The translations under genes and the position numbers were made by a program. The notes under the pieces were generated by a model. That model worked only from the letters and a program-made list of their open reading frames with translations, made no database searches and was not told the DNA's origin. From the NCBI GenBank assembly GCA_026770705.1, contig JANJGN010000042.1, positions 3,844,001-3,908,000 of the forward strand: a DNA stretch of 64,000 nt, written 5' to 3'. Below, in pieces: positions 1 through 11,689 of the stretch. Position 1 is the first letter of the stretch, and the number at the start of each line of letters is the position of its first letter. Source of the DNA: Isurus oxyrinchus (taxonomy: Eukaryota).

Positions 1-1
1 C

Positions 2-121
2 CAGCTCTTGAGCTCTTGCACCAACACATTTGTTTATGCGGTGACTCAGAGAAAATTCAGAGAGGAGTTGAAGAACCTTGTCCAATACCCATTCAGTCCA
101 CTGGCTCAATTAATCAAATAA
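2..121 (+). CDS. 3' end (TM7, helix 8, C-tail) of a GPR139-like class A GPCR; the gene starts left of the window
   Basis: Frame 2 reads QLLSSCTNTFVYAVTQRKFREELKNLVQYPFSPLAQLIK* (TAA 119-121). It has an NTxxY variant of NPxxY followed by an FRxxL helix-8 pattern, as I recall for the expanded shark GPR139-like receptors. Confidence 0.8.
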   Translation, partial: QLLSSCTNTFVYAVTQRKFREELKNLVQYPFSPLAQLIK

Positions 122-744
122 CGGGTTAATCCTGCCTCTCCAACATGGCCCAGTAGACTGCTTCAGAGCACCAGGCAAATGTGAGGCGAATTAAATGACT
201 CGGGTGTAGGCAGGTGCAGATGAGATCTCCTGAATGATTGATAAAATGCCCGGTCATTTCATTTATGCAGGAAAGGAAAGTGTGTCTCCTTCAGTTACAC
301 CATCTGTTCCAGGTGCACTTGTGTGCCACAGGGCACAGCGAGCAGCCTGCCCAACATGCAGGTGGGACCAGCCAATGTTGCATTGCCCATTGTCGCCTTC
401 CTCACATGTGCAAACGCGTCTTATAATTCATACATTACAAACAATTGCCTTGGATACTTGCATTGCCAACACAAGAGTCAAAACCTGGGCTGAAAGGGTG
501 AGCTGTGGTCCAGGACACTTAAGCACAAGGTTGAATGAGATTGGCAAGGTGGTCATTTCCAGTGTTTAAAAGCATCCACTTTGCCAAAGTGGGACCTCTT
601 ACGGCAGTGACACTAATAACTGAATTTGGTGATAGGTGTCCATCCCGTACAGGGACACAAATGCTACATGCCTCTATCTCCCTCTCTCTATCTCCATGTC
701 TGATTTTAAATATCCCTCTCTCTTTCTCTGCTCTTTGTTCACTA

Positions 745-746
745 CA

Positions 747-823
<77 letters not shown>

Positions 824-834
824 GCACACACACA
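745..834. repeat. (CA)n microsatellite
   Basis: Near-perfect CA run, directly visible. Confidence 0.98.
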
Positions 835-979
835 TTTTCCTGTTCCCTCCCTTCTCTCTCTATATTCTGTCTTTTCTCTCTATTTTCTTTCCGACCTCCT
901 CTCGTCTCTTGTCTCCTCATAACCCTCAACTCCCCGATATTTCAAAAATCTATCTACCTCCTCTTTAAATACTTCCAGT

Positions 980-1300
980 GATCTGGTCTACACAGCACCT
1001 TCCAAACCCACAACCGCTACCATCTAGAAGGACGAGTGCAGCCGACACATGGGAACACCACCACTTGGAAGTTCCCCTCCAAGTCACTCACAATTCTGAC
1101 TTGAAAGTATATTGGCCACTCCTTCACTGTCGCTGGGTCAGAACCCTAGAACTGCCTCAGTACATTGTGGGTGTATCTACACCACATGGACTACAGCGGT
1201 TCAAGAAGGCAGCTCACCACCACCTTCTTCAGAGCAATTAGAGATCGGTGATAAACACTGACCCAGCCAGTGAAGCCCGCCTCCGGTGAATGAATAAAAC
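980..1300 (+). mobile_element. 3' end of CR1/L2-clade LINE (family A)
   Basis: Homologous to 4490-4930 and, inverted, to 6480-6800 (cagcaccttccaaaccc...ggttcaagaaggcagctcaccaccacctt). Confidence 0.85.
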
Positions 1301-2399
1301 ATATGAAAGTTGATAGGCATTGCTGCTGAACAGAGTTAGGAAGCACACACTGATCTGAGAACAGTGAACCATGGGCTAAGTCATGTATTTGTTCCAAGGG
1401 GGAAAGAGGATGCTGCAGTTTGTTTTTCCAGTAGGTGGGAGTAACATATTAGAATGCACTGATGATTAATTAATACATAGAAGACAGTCAGTAGTGAATT
1501 CCTGCAGTGCATCTTGTAGATGGTACACACTATGCGTCGGTGATGGAGGGAGTGAACGTTTATGGATACTTATGGAGAGCTTAAAACTGACAGCCGCTCC
1601 AGGTGACAATATTTAAGTCAGCTCCCTGATACACAGATTTACATTTATTCAGGAAGTCACTTCCATCTGTTAGACCAAAGCTAGAATGATGGATGGTCCC
1701 AACATGAAAGCCGTGCATCGAAGAAACACGACTGAGTACTGCACCTGTACCCTGCACACTCATTATCCACTCATGCTAATGCTTAGACGAAGGTTGCAAT
1801 GCAATTCCAAACCGTGTTGTAAGGAAGCAATTAGTCAAAATAACTTGACACCTACCACCAGCAGATTGTTTCTGAAACTGCTTCTGACAGCAATAATAAC
1901 AATATGTCCCACCAGTTCGATTCTGTGACCACTGATATAAAGCTGAAGTTAAATTAATAGCCAGTTTTACACCTCATTAAACTAAAAGTGCTTCTCGATG
2001 CACTTTCTGCAAACTCAGTTTGATACAAAATAAAATCAACAAATACAATCAACCTTTTGGAAAAAGATGAGAGACTGGTTTGGAATGGGAAAACTTGTCA
2101 GTTGCAGTTGGTAGACAGTGTAATTTATTTGCAGCTGGTGTACAAGGTGCAATGTATTCATCTGAAAAATATATTTAGGGCTGAATTATTTAAGATTCTA
2201 ATACGGACTTGCACTTGGCGATATGGAAATCTGCCAATTATTGGGTAAACAGCACGTTTTTGGGGGTGTGGGGGGGAGGGGGAGTATGGAGTGAGCAAGT
2301 ATTAAAAGGAATGTGTTAGAACACATTTAAGAATTCTGAAGTTTTAAATCCTAAGCGTAGCTAAATATTTTTTAAGAGACATGGCAAAATCTCCCAATA

Positions 2400-2610
2400 T
2401 TTTTCCACAAGGCGTGGGCATCACTGGCAAGGCCACCATTTGATCCCCATCCCTAATTGCCCTCGAACCAAGTGGCCTGCCCGGCCATTCCAGAGGGCAT
2501 TTAAGACCGAACCACTTGCTTTGGGTCTGGAGTCACTTGTAGGCCAGACCAGTTAAGGACGGCAGATTTCCTTCCCGAAAGGGACATTAGTGAACCTGAT
2601 GGGTTTTTTT
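2400..2610 (-). mobile_element. SINE fragment carrying the family-A LINE tail
   Basis: Reverse complement of 5160-5360. Confidence 0.8.
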
Positions 2611-3049
2611 TAAGTTGTGGTTAGTTATAATTGTCGTGGTCACCATTATGCAGACTAGCTTTATTATTCCAGGCTGTATTGATCAATTGCAACATTACCA
2701 TGAGGACCCTATCTCCCCCCAACTCTTCCCCCAATTCCCCGCCTCCCCCTCCCCCGCAACCACCCCCACCCCCACCCACCAACATGCTAAATGTTAGGTA
2801 CAATAAATCATCGATTTCGACATTCAGTGTCGCTCAGCCCTGGTGACTTCGACTCTAAATCAGGGTCACTCCAGCTCTTACATTAGGGTCACGCCGATCC
2901 CCAACATCAAACATGATGGCCCCTCACCAGGGAAAATGATCGTTCCTGGCTTCAGAGAGAGGCACGCGTGTTAGGCCAAGTAAATATAGCAGAGAATCAG
3001 TTCATTTTTAAACCTTCCACACACCCTCATCTTCCCTCCTGTAGCCATC

Positions 3050-4935
3050 TGCAGGCCATTCAGCCCACTGTATGCCAGCTCCCACAGAGCAGTCCCATTT
3101 ATTCCCATGCAGCTGCTGTAGCCTGGAGCGCTGCCTTGCCTCATGGGACCAGTTTCATTCAGAAATCAATCATTTCCACTTGGATCACCCTGGTGAGAAG
3201 CGAACTCCAGGTCATTACCACTTGCTGTGTCAAAACACTCATCTCCCCACCTCACCATTCCGCTGCCATTCCTCATCCAAGGGGCAATGGGTGCTGTAAA
3301 GGCTATGGACCCTGACAATATTCCAGCAATTGTACTGAAGACCTGTGCTCCAGAACTTGCTGTTCCCCGAGCCAAGCTGTTCCAGAACAGATACAACACT
3401 GTCATTTACCCGGATATATGGCAAATTTGCCCAATACACAAAAAGCAGGACAAATCCAAGCCAGTCAGTTCCCACCCCATCAGCCTACTCTCGATCATCA
3501 GTAAAGTAACGGGAAGGGGTCATCAGTGCTATCAAGAGGCACTTGTTTAGTAATAAACTGCTCAATGATGCCCAATTCGGGTTCTGCCAGGCCCGTCAGT
3601 TCCTGACCTCATTACAGCCTTGTTTCAAACATGGACAAAAGAGCTGAACTCCCGAGGCGGGGTGAGAGAGACTGCCCTTGACACGAAGGCAGCCCCAGCA
3701 AAACTGGAGTCAATGAGAATCAGGGGGATAACTCTCTGCTGGTTGGAGTCATATCTAGCACAAAGACAGATGGTTGTAGTTTTTGGAGGTCAGTCATCTC
3801 AGCTCCAGGACATCATGCAGGAGTTCCTCAGAATCGTGCCCTCAGCCCAACCATCTTCAGCTGCTTCATCGATGATCTTCCTTTCATCACATGGTCAGAA
3901 GTGGTAAAGTTTGCTGATCATTGCACAATGTTCAGCAACATTCACGTCTCCTCAGATACTGAAGGAGTCCGTGTCCAAATGCAGCAAGAACTGGAAAAAG
4001 TTCAAGCTTGGGCAGAGAAGTGGAAAGTAACAATCACGCCAAAAAAGTGTCAGAAAATGACCATGTCCAACGAGAGAGAATCCAACCATCGCCCCTTGAC
4101 ATTCAATGGCATTCTCATCACTGAATCCTCCACTAATCAACATCCTCGGGGTTGCCATTGACCAGAAACTGAACTGGACTAGCCATGTAAATACTGTCGC
4201 CACAAGAGCAGGTCAGAGGCTGTGACTCCTGTGACAAGTAACTCACCTCCTGACTCCCCAGAGCCTGCCCACCATCTACAAGGCACAAGTCAGGAGTGTG
4301 ATGGAATACTCCCCACTTGCCTGGATGAGGGCAGCTCCCCAAACACTTAACAATCTTGACACGATCCAGAGAAAGCAGCCACTTGATCGACACCACATCC
4401 ACAAACATTCACTACCTCCACCACTGACTCACCGTGGGAGCAGTGTGCACCATCTACATGATACACTGCAGGCATTCACCAAGGCCCCGTCAACAGCACC
4501 TTCCAAACCCATGGCCACTGTCATCTAGTAGGACAAGAGCACCAGAGACAATGGGACACAACCGCCTGGAATTTTCCCTCCAAGTCACTCAGCATCCTGA
4601 GTTGGAAATATATAGCCTTTCCTGCATTGTCGTTGGGTCAAAATCCCGGAACTACCCAACAGCACTGTGGGTGTATCGACACCACATGGATTGGTTTCAT
4701 TTGCCCTTTAGGGAAAGAAAGCTGCCATTCCCATCTGGCCTACATGTGACCCCCAGACCCACAGCAAGTGTGGTTGACACATTTCTGTCTCTTGACAAGA
4801 CCCTCACAATTAGGGGTGGACAGCAAATGCTGACCTTGGTTCAAGGCAGTAGCTCATCACCACCTTGAAGGGCAATTAGGGATGGGCAATAAATGCTGGC
4901 GCAGACAGTGATGCCCACATCTTGCAAACAATTAA
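3050..4935 (+). mobile_element. 5'-truncated, degraded family-A LINE (reverse transcriptase region plus 3' tail)
   Basis: Broken ORF pieces LKTCAPELAVPRAKLFQ, PISLLSIISKV, KFADHCTMF (YADD region) and QAWAEKWKVT, with many frameshifts. Confidence 0.9.
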
Positions 4936-4989
4936 AACAATTACCCTGTCTCATAGTTCCGAATTCAACTGCCTCTGAATTCCAACTCG

Positions 4990-5380
4990 GGGAGATAGAG
5001 GATTAGTGGTAACCTCATGGGATTAGTAATCCAGAGAGCAAGGCTAATGCTCATCGGTTCAAATCCCACTACAGCAGTTCGTGGAATTTAAATTCACCAA
5101 GTCTAGAAAATTAAGCTCGTCTCAGTAATGGAGATGATGAAAATCATCGATTGTTGTAAAAACCCATCTGATTCACTAGTGTCCTTTCGGGAAGGAAACC
5201 TGCTGTCCTTACCCGGTCTGGCCTACATGTACTCGGACCCATCGCAAATGTGGCTGGCTCTTAAATGCCCCATGAAATTTGCCCCAGCAGGCCACTGAGT
5301 TCAATGGCAATAAGGAGTGGACAGAAAATGCTGGCCTTGCCAGTGATGCCCACATACCATAAAGAGTAAAACAAAATAAA
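4990..5380 (+). mobile_element. tRNA-derived SINE sharing the family-A 3' tail
   Basis: B-box-like GGTTCAAATCCC near 5056; tail matches 4870-4925; A-rich end. Confidence 0.75.
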
Positions 5381-6479
5381 ATGGGACACCTGCAAGTGTG
5401 CAGTGCTCAGTCCTGCACAGCCCTATTGGGCCTAGGGTGGAGCTTCAATCCGGACATCATCCTCGGTAGAATACCTCATGCTAAAGTGATCATTTAAGGG
5501 CCTGACAGACTATTTCACACTAACATTGCGCTGAGTAAAACATTTCAGGATCTAAAGACAAGACACATGGTGGGTACATTTCCATGAAAATCTTTAATAT
5601 TTAGAAAAAAATAAAACATTTAAAAGATTCCATAATCTCATGTCTCGCAAATGGCTACAGTGCCCCAGGAAGAGCCCAACAGTAATGGGAAATGTGGGAA
5701 CAGGTTCAGGGAGTGAGAGGGAGAGAGCATGTGAGCAATATCAGACACGATGGACATGCTCATTCAGATCAGACCATCGCCATTCAGGTCGTTTCAACTG
5801 CTCAACTTGACCGGAAATAGAACAAAGGGACAAATAGAGGACCGAGATTTAAGAAGCTTTAAAAAATATGAACTGACCTGGTGACAAATATGAGCCACTA
5901 ATGCATTAAGGAGAGAGTGTATGGTTCTTGGCAAATGCTCGGCTGTTAGCAATATTTGCCTGAGAACAGTTTATATTGGCGGGCAGATGCCCATGGGACA
6001 GAAGACATTCCATTCTGCATTTCACCAGCAGTCGTCCAAGAACAAGTTCAAGCACAAGTGCCTGGTGACGAATTCGAAGGCAATAAGATGGCAGACACAT
6101 TCGTTCAGGATAAATCGAGGCTCACTGGTCTTCAGATCCTCCTCTTCGGCAGGACTTGGCCCGTATCACTGAAAGAGGGGAACACGGGGGTTGAGATCTG
6201 TCAGGCTAACCTCCCATCCCTCTCAGTCTGTTTTGGACACCACTGAGCCCCCCCATACCAGCGATACTCAGTTAACTGGAGCTGCGATCCTGATATTCAT
6301 GTAGTGAGCAGGGAGTGACCAGGCTCTCAGTTTGCTGGTTAATCACACTGCAGTCCCATATTAGTGACCCGTACATGGAACAGCATTAACTTGCTAACAG
6401 GGATGCAACTGCAGTGACATTAACAACAGTCATAAACCTGGGACAGTTGTCGATTTATTGGTACTTTGGCATGTTTAAT

Positions 6480-7130
6480 TCATTTCCCAGGATGTAGGCA
6501 TCACAGGCTGGGCCAGCATTTATTGCCCTTCCCTAGTTGCCCCTGGGAATGTGGTGGTGAGCTGCTTTCTTGAAACTCTGCAGTCCATGTGGTGTAGGTA
6601 CACCCACAGTGCTGGTAAGAAGGGAGTTCAGGATTTTGACCCAGCGACATTGAAGGAACGGCGATATATTTCCAAGTCAGGATGGTGACTTACTTGGAGG
6701 GGAATTTCCAGGTGGTGGTGGCTGCTGCCCTTTTCCTTCTAGATGGTAATGGTCATGGGTTTGGAAGGTGCTGTGAAAGGAACCTTGGTGAATTCCTGCA
6801 GTGCACCTTGTAGATGGTACACACTGCTGCTACTGTGCGTCGGTGGTGGAGGGAGTGAATGTTTTGGGATGGGGTGCCAATCAAGTGGGATGCTTTGATG
6901 TCAAGCTTCGTGTGTTTGCGTTTAGGAGCTGCACTCATCCAGGAAAGAGGAGAGTACTCCATCAAAATACTGACTTGTGCCTTTAGATGGTGGACAGGCT
7001 CTGGGGAGTCAGGAGGTGAGTTAATCATCGCACATTTCCCAGCCTCTCTGACCTGCTCTTGTGGCCACAGTATTTATATCATTAGCCCAGTTTAGTTTCT
7101 AGTCAATTGTAACTCCCAGGATGCTGATGA
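6480..7130 (-). mobile_element. Family-A LINE 3' portion
   Basis: ORF 6753..7028 (MEYSPLSWMSAAP) matches the 4298 ORF on the opposite strand. Confidence 0.88.
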
Positions 7131-7749
7131 TGCATTTATGATACATGGTGCAAGTGTTTCAGCTAAAGAATTTTAGATAAATGGACTGAAACAATGGCAA
7201 AGAGTACCGCATGAATGAATTAAAAGGGTCAAAGCCTCGTCTCAAACTCGTTTCACTGTCTTGTGATTAAAGTGATACAACCCCACCCTCTGCTGGCACT
7301 CGCCGCCACTACAGGCGCTGCTGTTTGCCAGCCTCAGAGCAATTCAGTTACTGCATGGCTGCATTTGAAAACATATTGATGAATTATGAATATGGAACAA
7401 TACTGTGTGGGATTGAAGTTTGCAGCAGCGTTCGCTCTTTTACCACCTGCCGCTGTACATGAACTCTCTCATCATTCCCCATTGGAGGTATAGGCTGGAG
7501 CTGGTTGGAGTTATTTCAGACTGCAATGTGCACATTTGGTACAGTTATCAGACTCTAATCTCATTCAGAAAGGGAATAGTTAAACTTTGCTGTGCTCTGT
7601 AATTCCTCTGCAATACATTGTCAATGTTCAACCCGACACATTGGATCTTGCTAAACCTTGTTCTACCACTTATGTCTCGAAGATAATGTTCTCCATTTCT
7701 CACATTCTTGGTCCTAATGGGGAAATTATATATATCAAACACAAACAAT

Positions 7750-8080
7750 ATATGGGAGAGAATTTATTTTCAAATCTTTACAGCCTGGTCAGTGAATCTA
7801 AAACACGGGGAACGATCCCAGGATAAGGGGCCGAACATTTTGGTCTGAGTTGAGGAGAAATTACTTCACTCAAAGGGTTGTGAACCTTTGGAATTCTCTA
7901 CCCCAGAGAGATCTGAATTCTCCATCCACTTTAGTTCGGGACAGGCAGGGTTACAGTGTCTCGGGGATTTAAGGGATATGGGCAAACGGCGGAAACATGG
8001 AGGTGAAGCCCAAGTTCTGAATGACAGAGCAGCTCGACGGCCATTCCGCCTACTCCTGCTCCTATTCTTGTGTTCCTGTA
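7750..8080 (+). mobile_element. CR1 (family B) 3' fragment
   Basis: Degenerate CR1 ORF2 end (RNYFTQRVVNLWNSLP-like) followed by 3' UTR. Confidence 0.7.
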
Positions 8081-9439
8081 AGAATCAATATTAACAGCTT
8101 CCACGCTTTCGTGAGTCTGCTCCATAGATCGAACACCCTGTGGAATATTAACCTGAACTTTCCAGGTCCATTAGAGGCAGGCTGGAAGGCGGCAAGGCTG
8201 GCACTATGCCGGGGAAGGTGTCAGGAAGCGTGGAGAGAGGGAATCTGTGTCCGTCCCAGGGCCTCGTTTGCTTTGCTCTTTGGTGAAAGATAATCAACTC
8301 TTGTCAGTCAGAACCCACAGTTTATTTTTATTTTTCCATACAGGTTATTTTTTCCATTTGTGATATTTCCTTCCTTAATTCCTTATCTCCATGTGACAAA
8401 ATTTGAATTCCTCTCCAAGGAATGTTATCCATTGCCTTTCTGCCTATTTTTCAAGTATTTAAATCCGCCCATAGCTTACCCTGATCAGATGTGCACCTGT
8501 GATCTTCAGTAGCCTTTTCCCTCGCTGCAGTTTTAAGCATTGATCTTCTGGCTTCATTTATTATCATCTTAAACTAATGCGGAATGAAACAGAACAATGT
8601 GGGATCCCAGCGTTAATGTTCTTCCAGTCCGAATACAATCTCTGTATCATTACAATCTGGAATCTATCAATCAACTAATTCCGATTCCCTTGCTGTCCTC
8701 CCTCTGATTGTGGCGATATTTCTTCCAGGGTCCCATCCTTTCCAGAGGAACTGTTTAGAAAGCCGACAGGAATCCAAATGCATCACATCCACTGTCTCTC
8801 TTGCCCCATGAAGCTCGTTTTGCTCACGTTCAAAGTGATCAGTCAGCTCGATAAGCGAGTCCTTTCCTTCATGGACACTTACTGGCTGCAATGAAAGGTT
8901 CTCCTTCTCTCCACATGCTCCATAAACCTTCCTTTCTTACGGGTTTACGAGGGGTAACTCATGAGCTGTGATTTCCTGACTCACTTTTGCGAACGTTTTA
9001 CCAAAGAACAATAAACGCTGCATTTTACTTTAGCTGCTCGCCAGGCGTCTTTGCAGAATTCAATCATTTTTCACAGATTTATGACTGAGAACCTGCAGAT
9101 TTCTCGCTTATTTCCATAAAAATCCTTGGATGCATCTTATCTGGGCCATGGAGTGATTCAGCTGAATTTCCACAGCTCTTCATCAACCATGCTGGTGCTA
9201 ACGTAATAAATGTAGCAATTTACCCCTGAAAGTCCTATGGTCTTATTTGGGGATAAAATGTATATATTAACTGTTCCCTCTTTCATAGAAGATGAAACAA
9301 AAATACATATTTACCGCAAATATAGTCCGGCTCGCATCAGTTGTGATGCCCTCACTCGATCATATTTTCGCACTCCACCTATGTTATTTTTTTGCAACAG
9401 CAACAAAAATATATTAGCGTTTTCTTCCCTTGCCATACC

Positions 9440-9815
9440 CTGCTTGAAAGGAGATTTGTTAAAGTTGTCTTGAATCATGACGGTCTGGACAGAGTAGGCA
9501 GGGAGAAAGTGTTCCCAATGGTTGAAGATTCGAGAACAAATGGGCACAGATTTAAGATAATCAGGGAAAGAAGCAATGGTGACATTTAAAAATAAACTTT
9601 TTTTCGCACAGTGAGTGATTAGGATTTTGAGTATGTGGTGGAGGAAGTTTCAATTGATGCTTTCAAAAATAAATTGCATCTTTTTCGGAAAAAAGGAAAA
9701 ATGCTGAACGAGGGGGAAAACAGTGGAACTAGGTCAATTGCTACTTTAGAGGGTTAGCATGGATCAGACAAATGGCCTCTTACTTTTCTGTAAGAATTCT
9801 TCGATTCTATGATTG
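9440..9815 (+). mobile_element. CR1 3' fragment
   Basis: GLDRVGREKVFPMVEDSRTNGHRFKI; short tandem tail (ttcgattctatgatt). Confidence 0.8.
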
Positions 9816-9856
9816 AAGTCTGAAACAGTAAATTAAATCAGCATTTTCACAGCATC

Positions 9857-9888
9857 TGCAATAGCAAGGTTTGTCCAGCAGATGGAAC
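9857..9888 (+). promoter_or_regulatory. Candidate extended CTCF site, forward
   Basis: TGCAATAGC-N6-TGTCCAGCAGATGGAAC resembles the upstream module plus the CCASYAGRKGGC core. Confidence 0.5.
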
Positions 9889-9929
9889 CGAAACCGTGAT
9901 TGTTCAAACTGCGTGAGGCAGGCATTTCT

Positions 9930-10370
9930 CAATGGTTGCTGCATTGGCCCTGTCTCCACTTATATCAAACTAGACCCCGTGTCTGTTTAAATAACACTAG
10001 GTCGTGTCATTGATTATATTAGAGGAGGCTGTGTCAACTTATTTCTGTATTCGGCCCAATCTGTGCTGTTAGCATACTCAACCAAGGCCCTCTTTCTGTT
10101 CTGTGAGACACTCTGAGTTATGACTGCACGGAACCATGCCTCAGCTAATATGAGAAAACGCCATGTCCCAATTGTTAATACCTTGTACAATGTCTCCCTT
10201 GGTACTAAACTGGAGCATGTGCATGTTTGCATTACACGAGACTTTCCCTCAGTTATTATTTGAGTTGACCTTGCCATGTTTATATTAAGCTAGAGGAAGT
10301 AACAGTTAATGCTGCACAAGTCGGTGTTCTGTTTATATAACACGATGCCCTGTCTCTGTTGTTAGTGCTG
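9930..10370 (-). repeat. Degenerate block of the 27/54-bp satellite, reverse orientation
   Basis: Repeated tagaccctgtctc(a/t)gttta-like units, the reverse complement of the 20.7-31 kb array. Confidence 0.7.
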
Positions 10371-10389
10371 ACAGGCTGGTTAATAAAGC

Positions 10390-10990
10390 ATATGGTATCT
10401 GAGGCTTTATAAATTGGGGCACAGAGTTCAAAAGCTAAGAGTTTTTCGAACACTGTTAAAGTCTCAACATGAACATTTGCGTCCAATTCTGGGCACCACA
10501 TTTTGGTAAATATGCGAACGTATCAGTGAGAGAGTAGGAAAGATTCACGAGAATGGTTCCAGAAATGGGGACCTTCAGTTAAACTGGTAGATTAGAGGAA
10601 TTGGGAGTGCTTTCCATAGAGAAGAAAAGGTTGAGGCAGAATTTATAGATGTCTTCGAAATCTAGATGGGTCTGGACAGAGTAGAAAGTAGAAAACGGTC
10701 CAATTGGTGGAAGGATCGAGAACTAGGGGGCACAGATGTAAGGTAATTGGGAATATAAGCATTAGCGACACGAGGAAACGCTTTTGCTCATGTAGAGAGT
10801 GATTAGCATTTTGAATGGACTGCGTGAGGATATGGTGGAGGCCGTGATAATCGAGGCATTCAAAATGCAATTGGATAATTATATGAAAATGAGGAAAACA
10901 ACTGGCCTACGGGGAACAGACAGGGGGTGGCAGGAGATGACTTAATCCTTCAGAAGACAAGAACAGTAACAACGGACGGAATGAAATTTA
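10390..10990 (+). mobile_element. Degraded CR1 3' fragment
   Basis: QFWAPH and GLDRV-type CR1 ORF2 remnants. Confidence 0.75.
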
Positions 10991-11689
10991 AGTAGTGATA
11001 ACACTACAAATATTATAGGGTTTTATGTTGATCTGAAATACTATTTATGTTATCTTTACTGCTCAGTTTGCGTTTCTGCTACTGAGGCAATGTAGAATTT
11101 AGGCTGGGAGCAGGATACCAGCTCTTTGTGAGGAATCGGTGTTATTGCGTTAATTACTTTAAGGTACCGAGAAGCATAGGTTCAAAGAATTATATTTATT
11201 TTATTTGAATTGAGCAGTTGAGGGATTATTTGTCAGTTTCAAAGCGATAAACAAAAAAGATGAATTCAGCAGCTTTAACTGAACATGACACCTCATCTTA
11301 AAACTAATAGATCTATGACTTGGTTCAATAGATTAACCATATCCGTAGAGCAGAAGATTTGTATTAGAAGGTAGCCTTCCTCTTGACTGTAGGAAGTGTT
11401 ATTAACATTTACTATTAATGTATCGTATCTCTGGTATGGTGCTAAAACAAGTGTTGACATGGCTATATACAATAAGTTGTATTATTGATAAGAAGATGTA
11501 ACATTGTTTGCAATAGCTCTGCATTTACAAGGGTGTGTTATTTGCTCACAGTTGAATATACATCCCGGGCCCAGGGAATAAAAGATGCAGATTTGTCTTC
11601 AGTGTGCATAGATTTAGGTACAGAGATGGGGTGACACCAAATGAGCCTCACCCCAAGCCAATGAAAGAGGTTAATTTTGATTCTTTCCA

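Noticed and set aside
519-981. HT/CV-repeat ORFs
   Set aside because: Translations of the (CA)n microsatellite.
7306-7320. CTCF-like CCACTACAGGCGCTG
   Set aside because: One base short of the core, and it lacks the shared flanks of the four accepted candidates.
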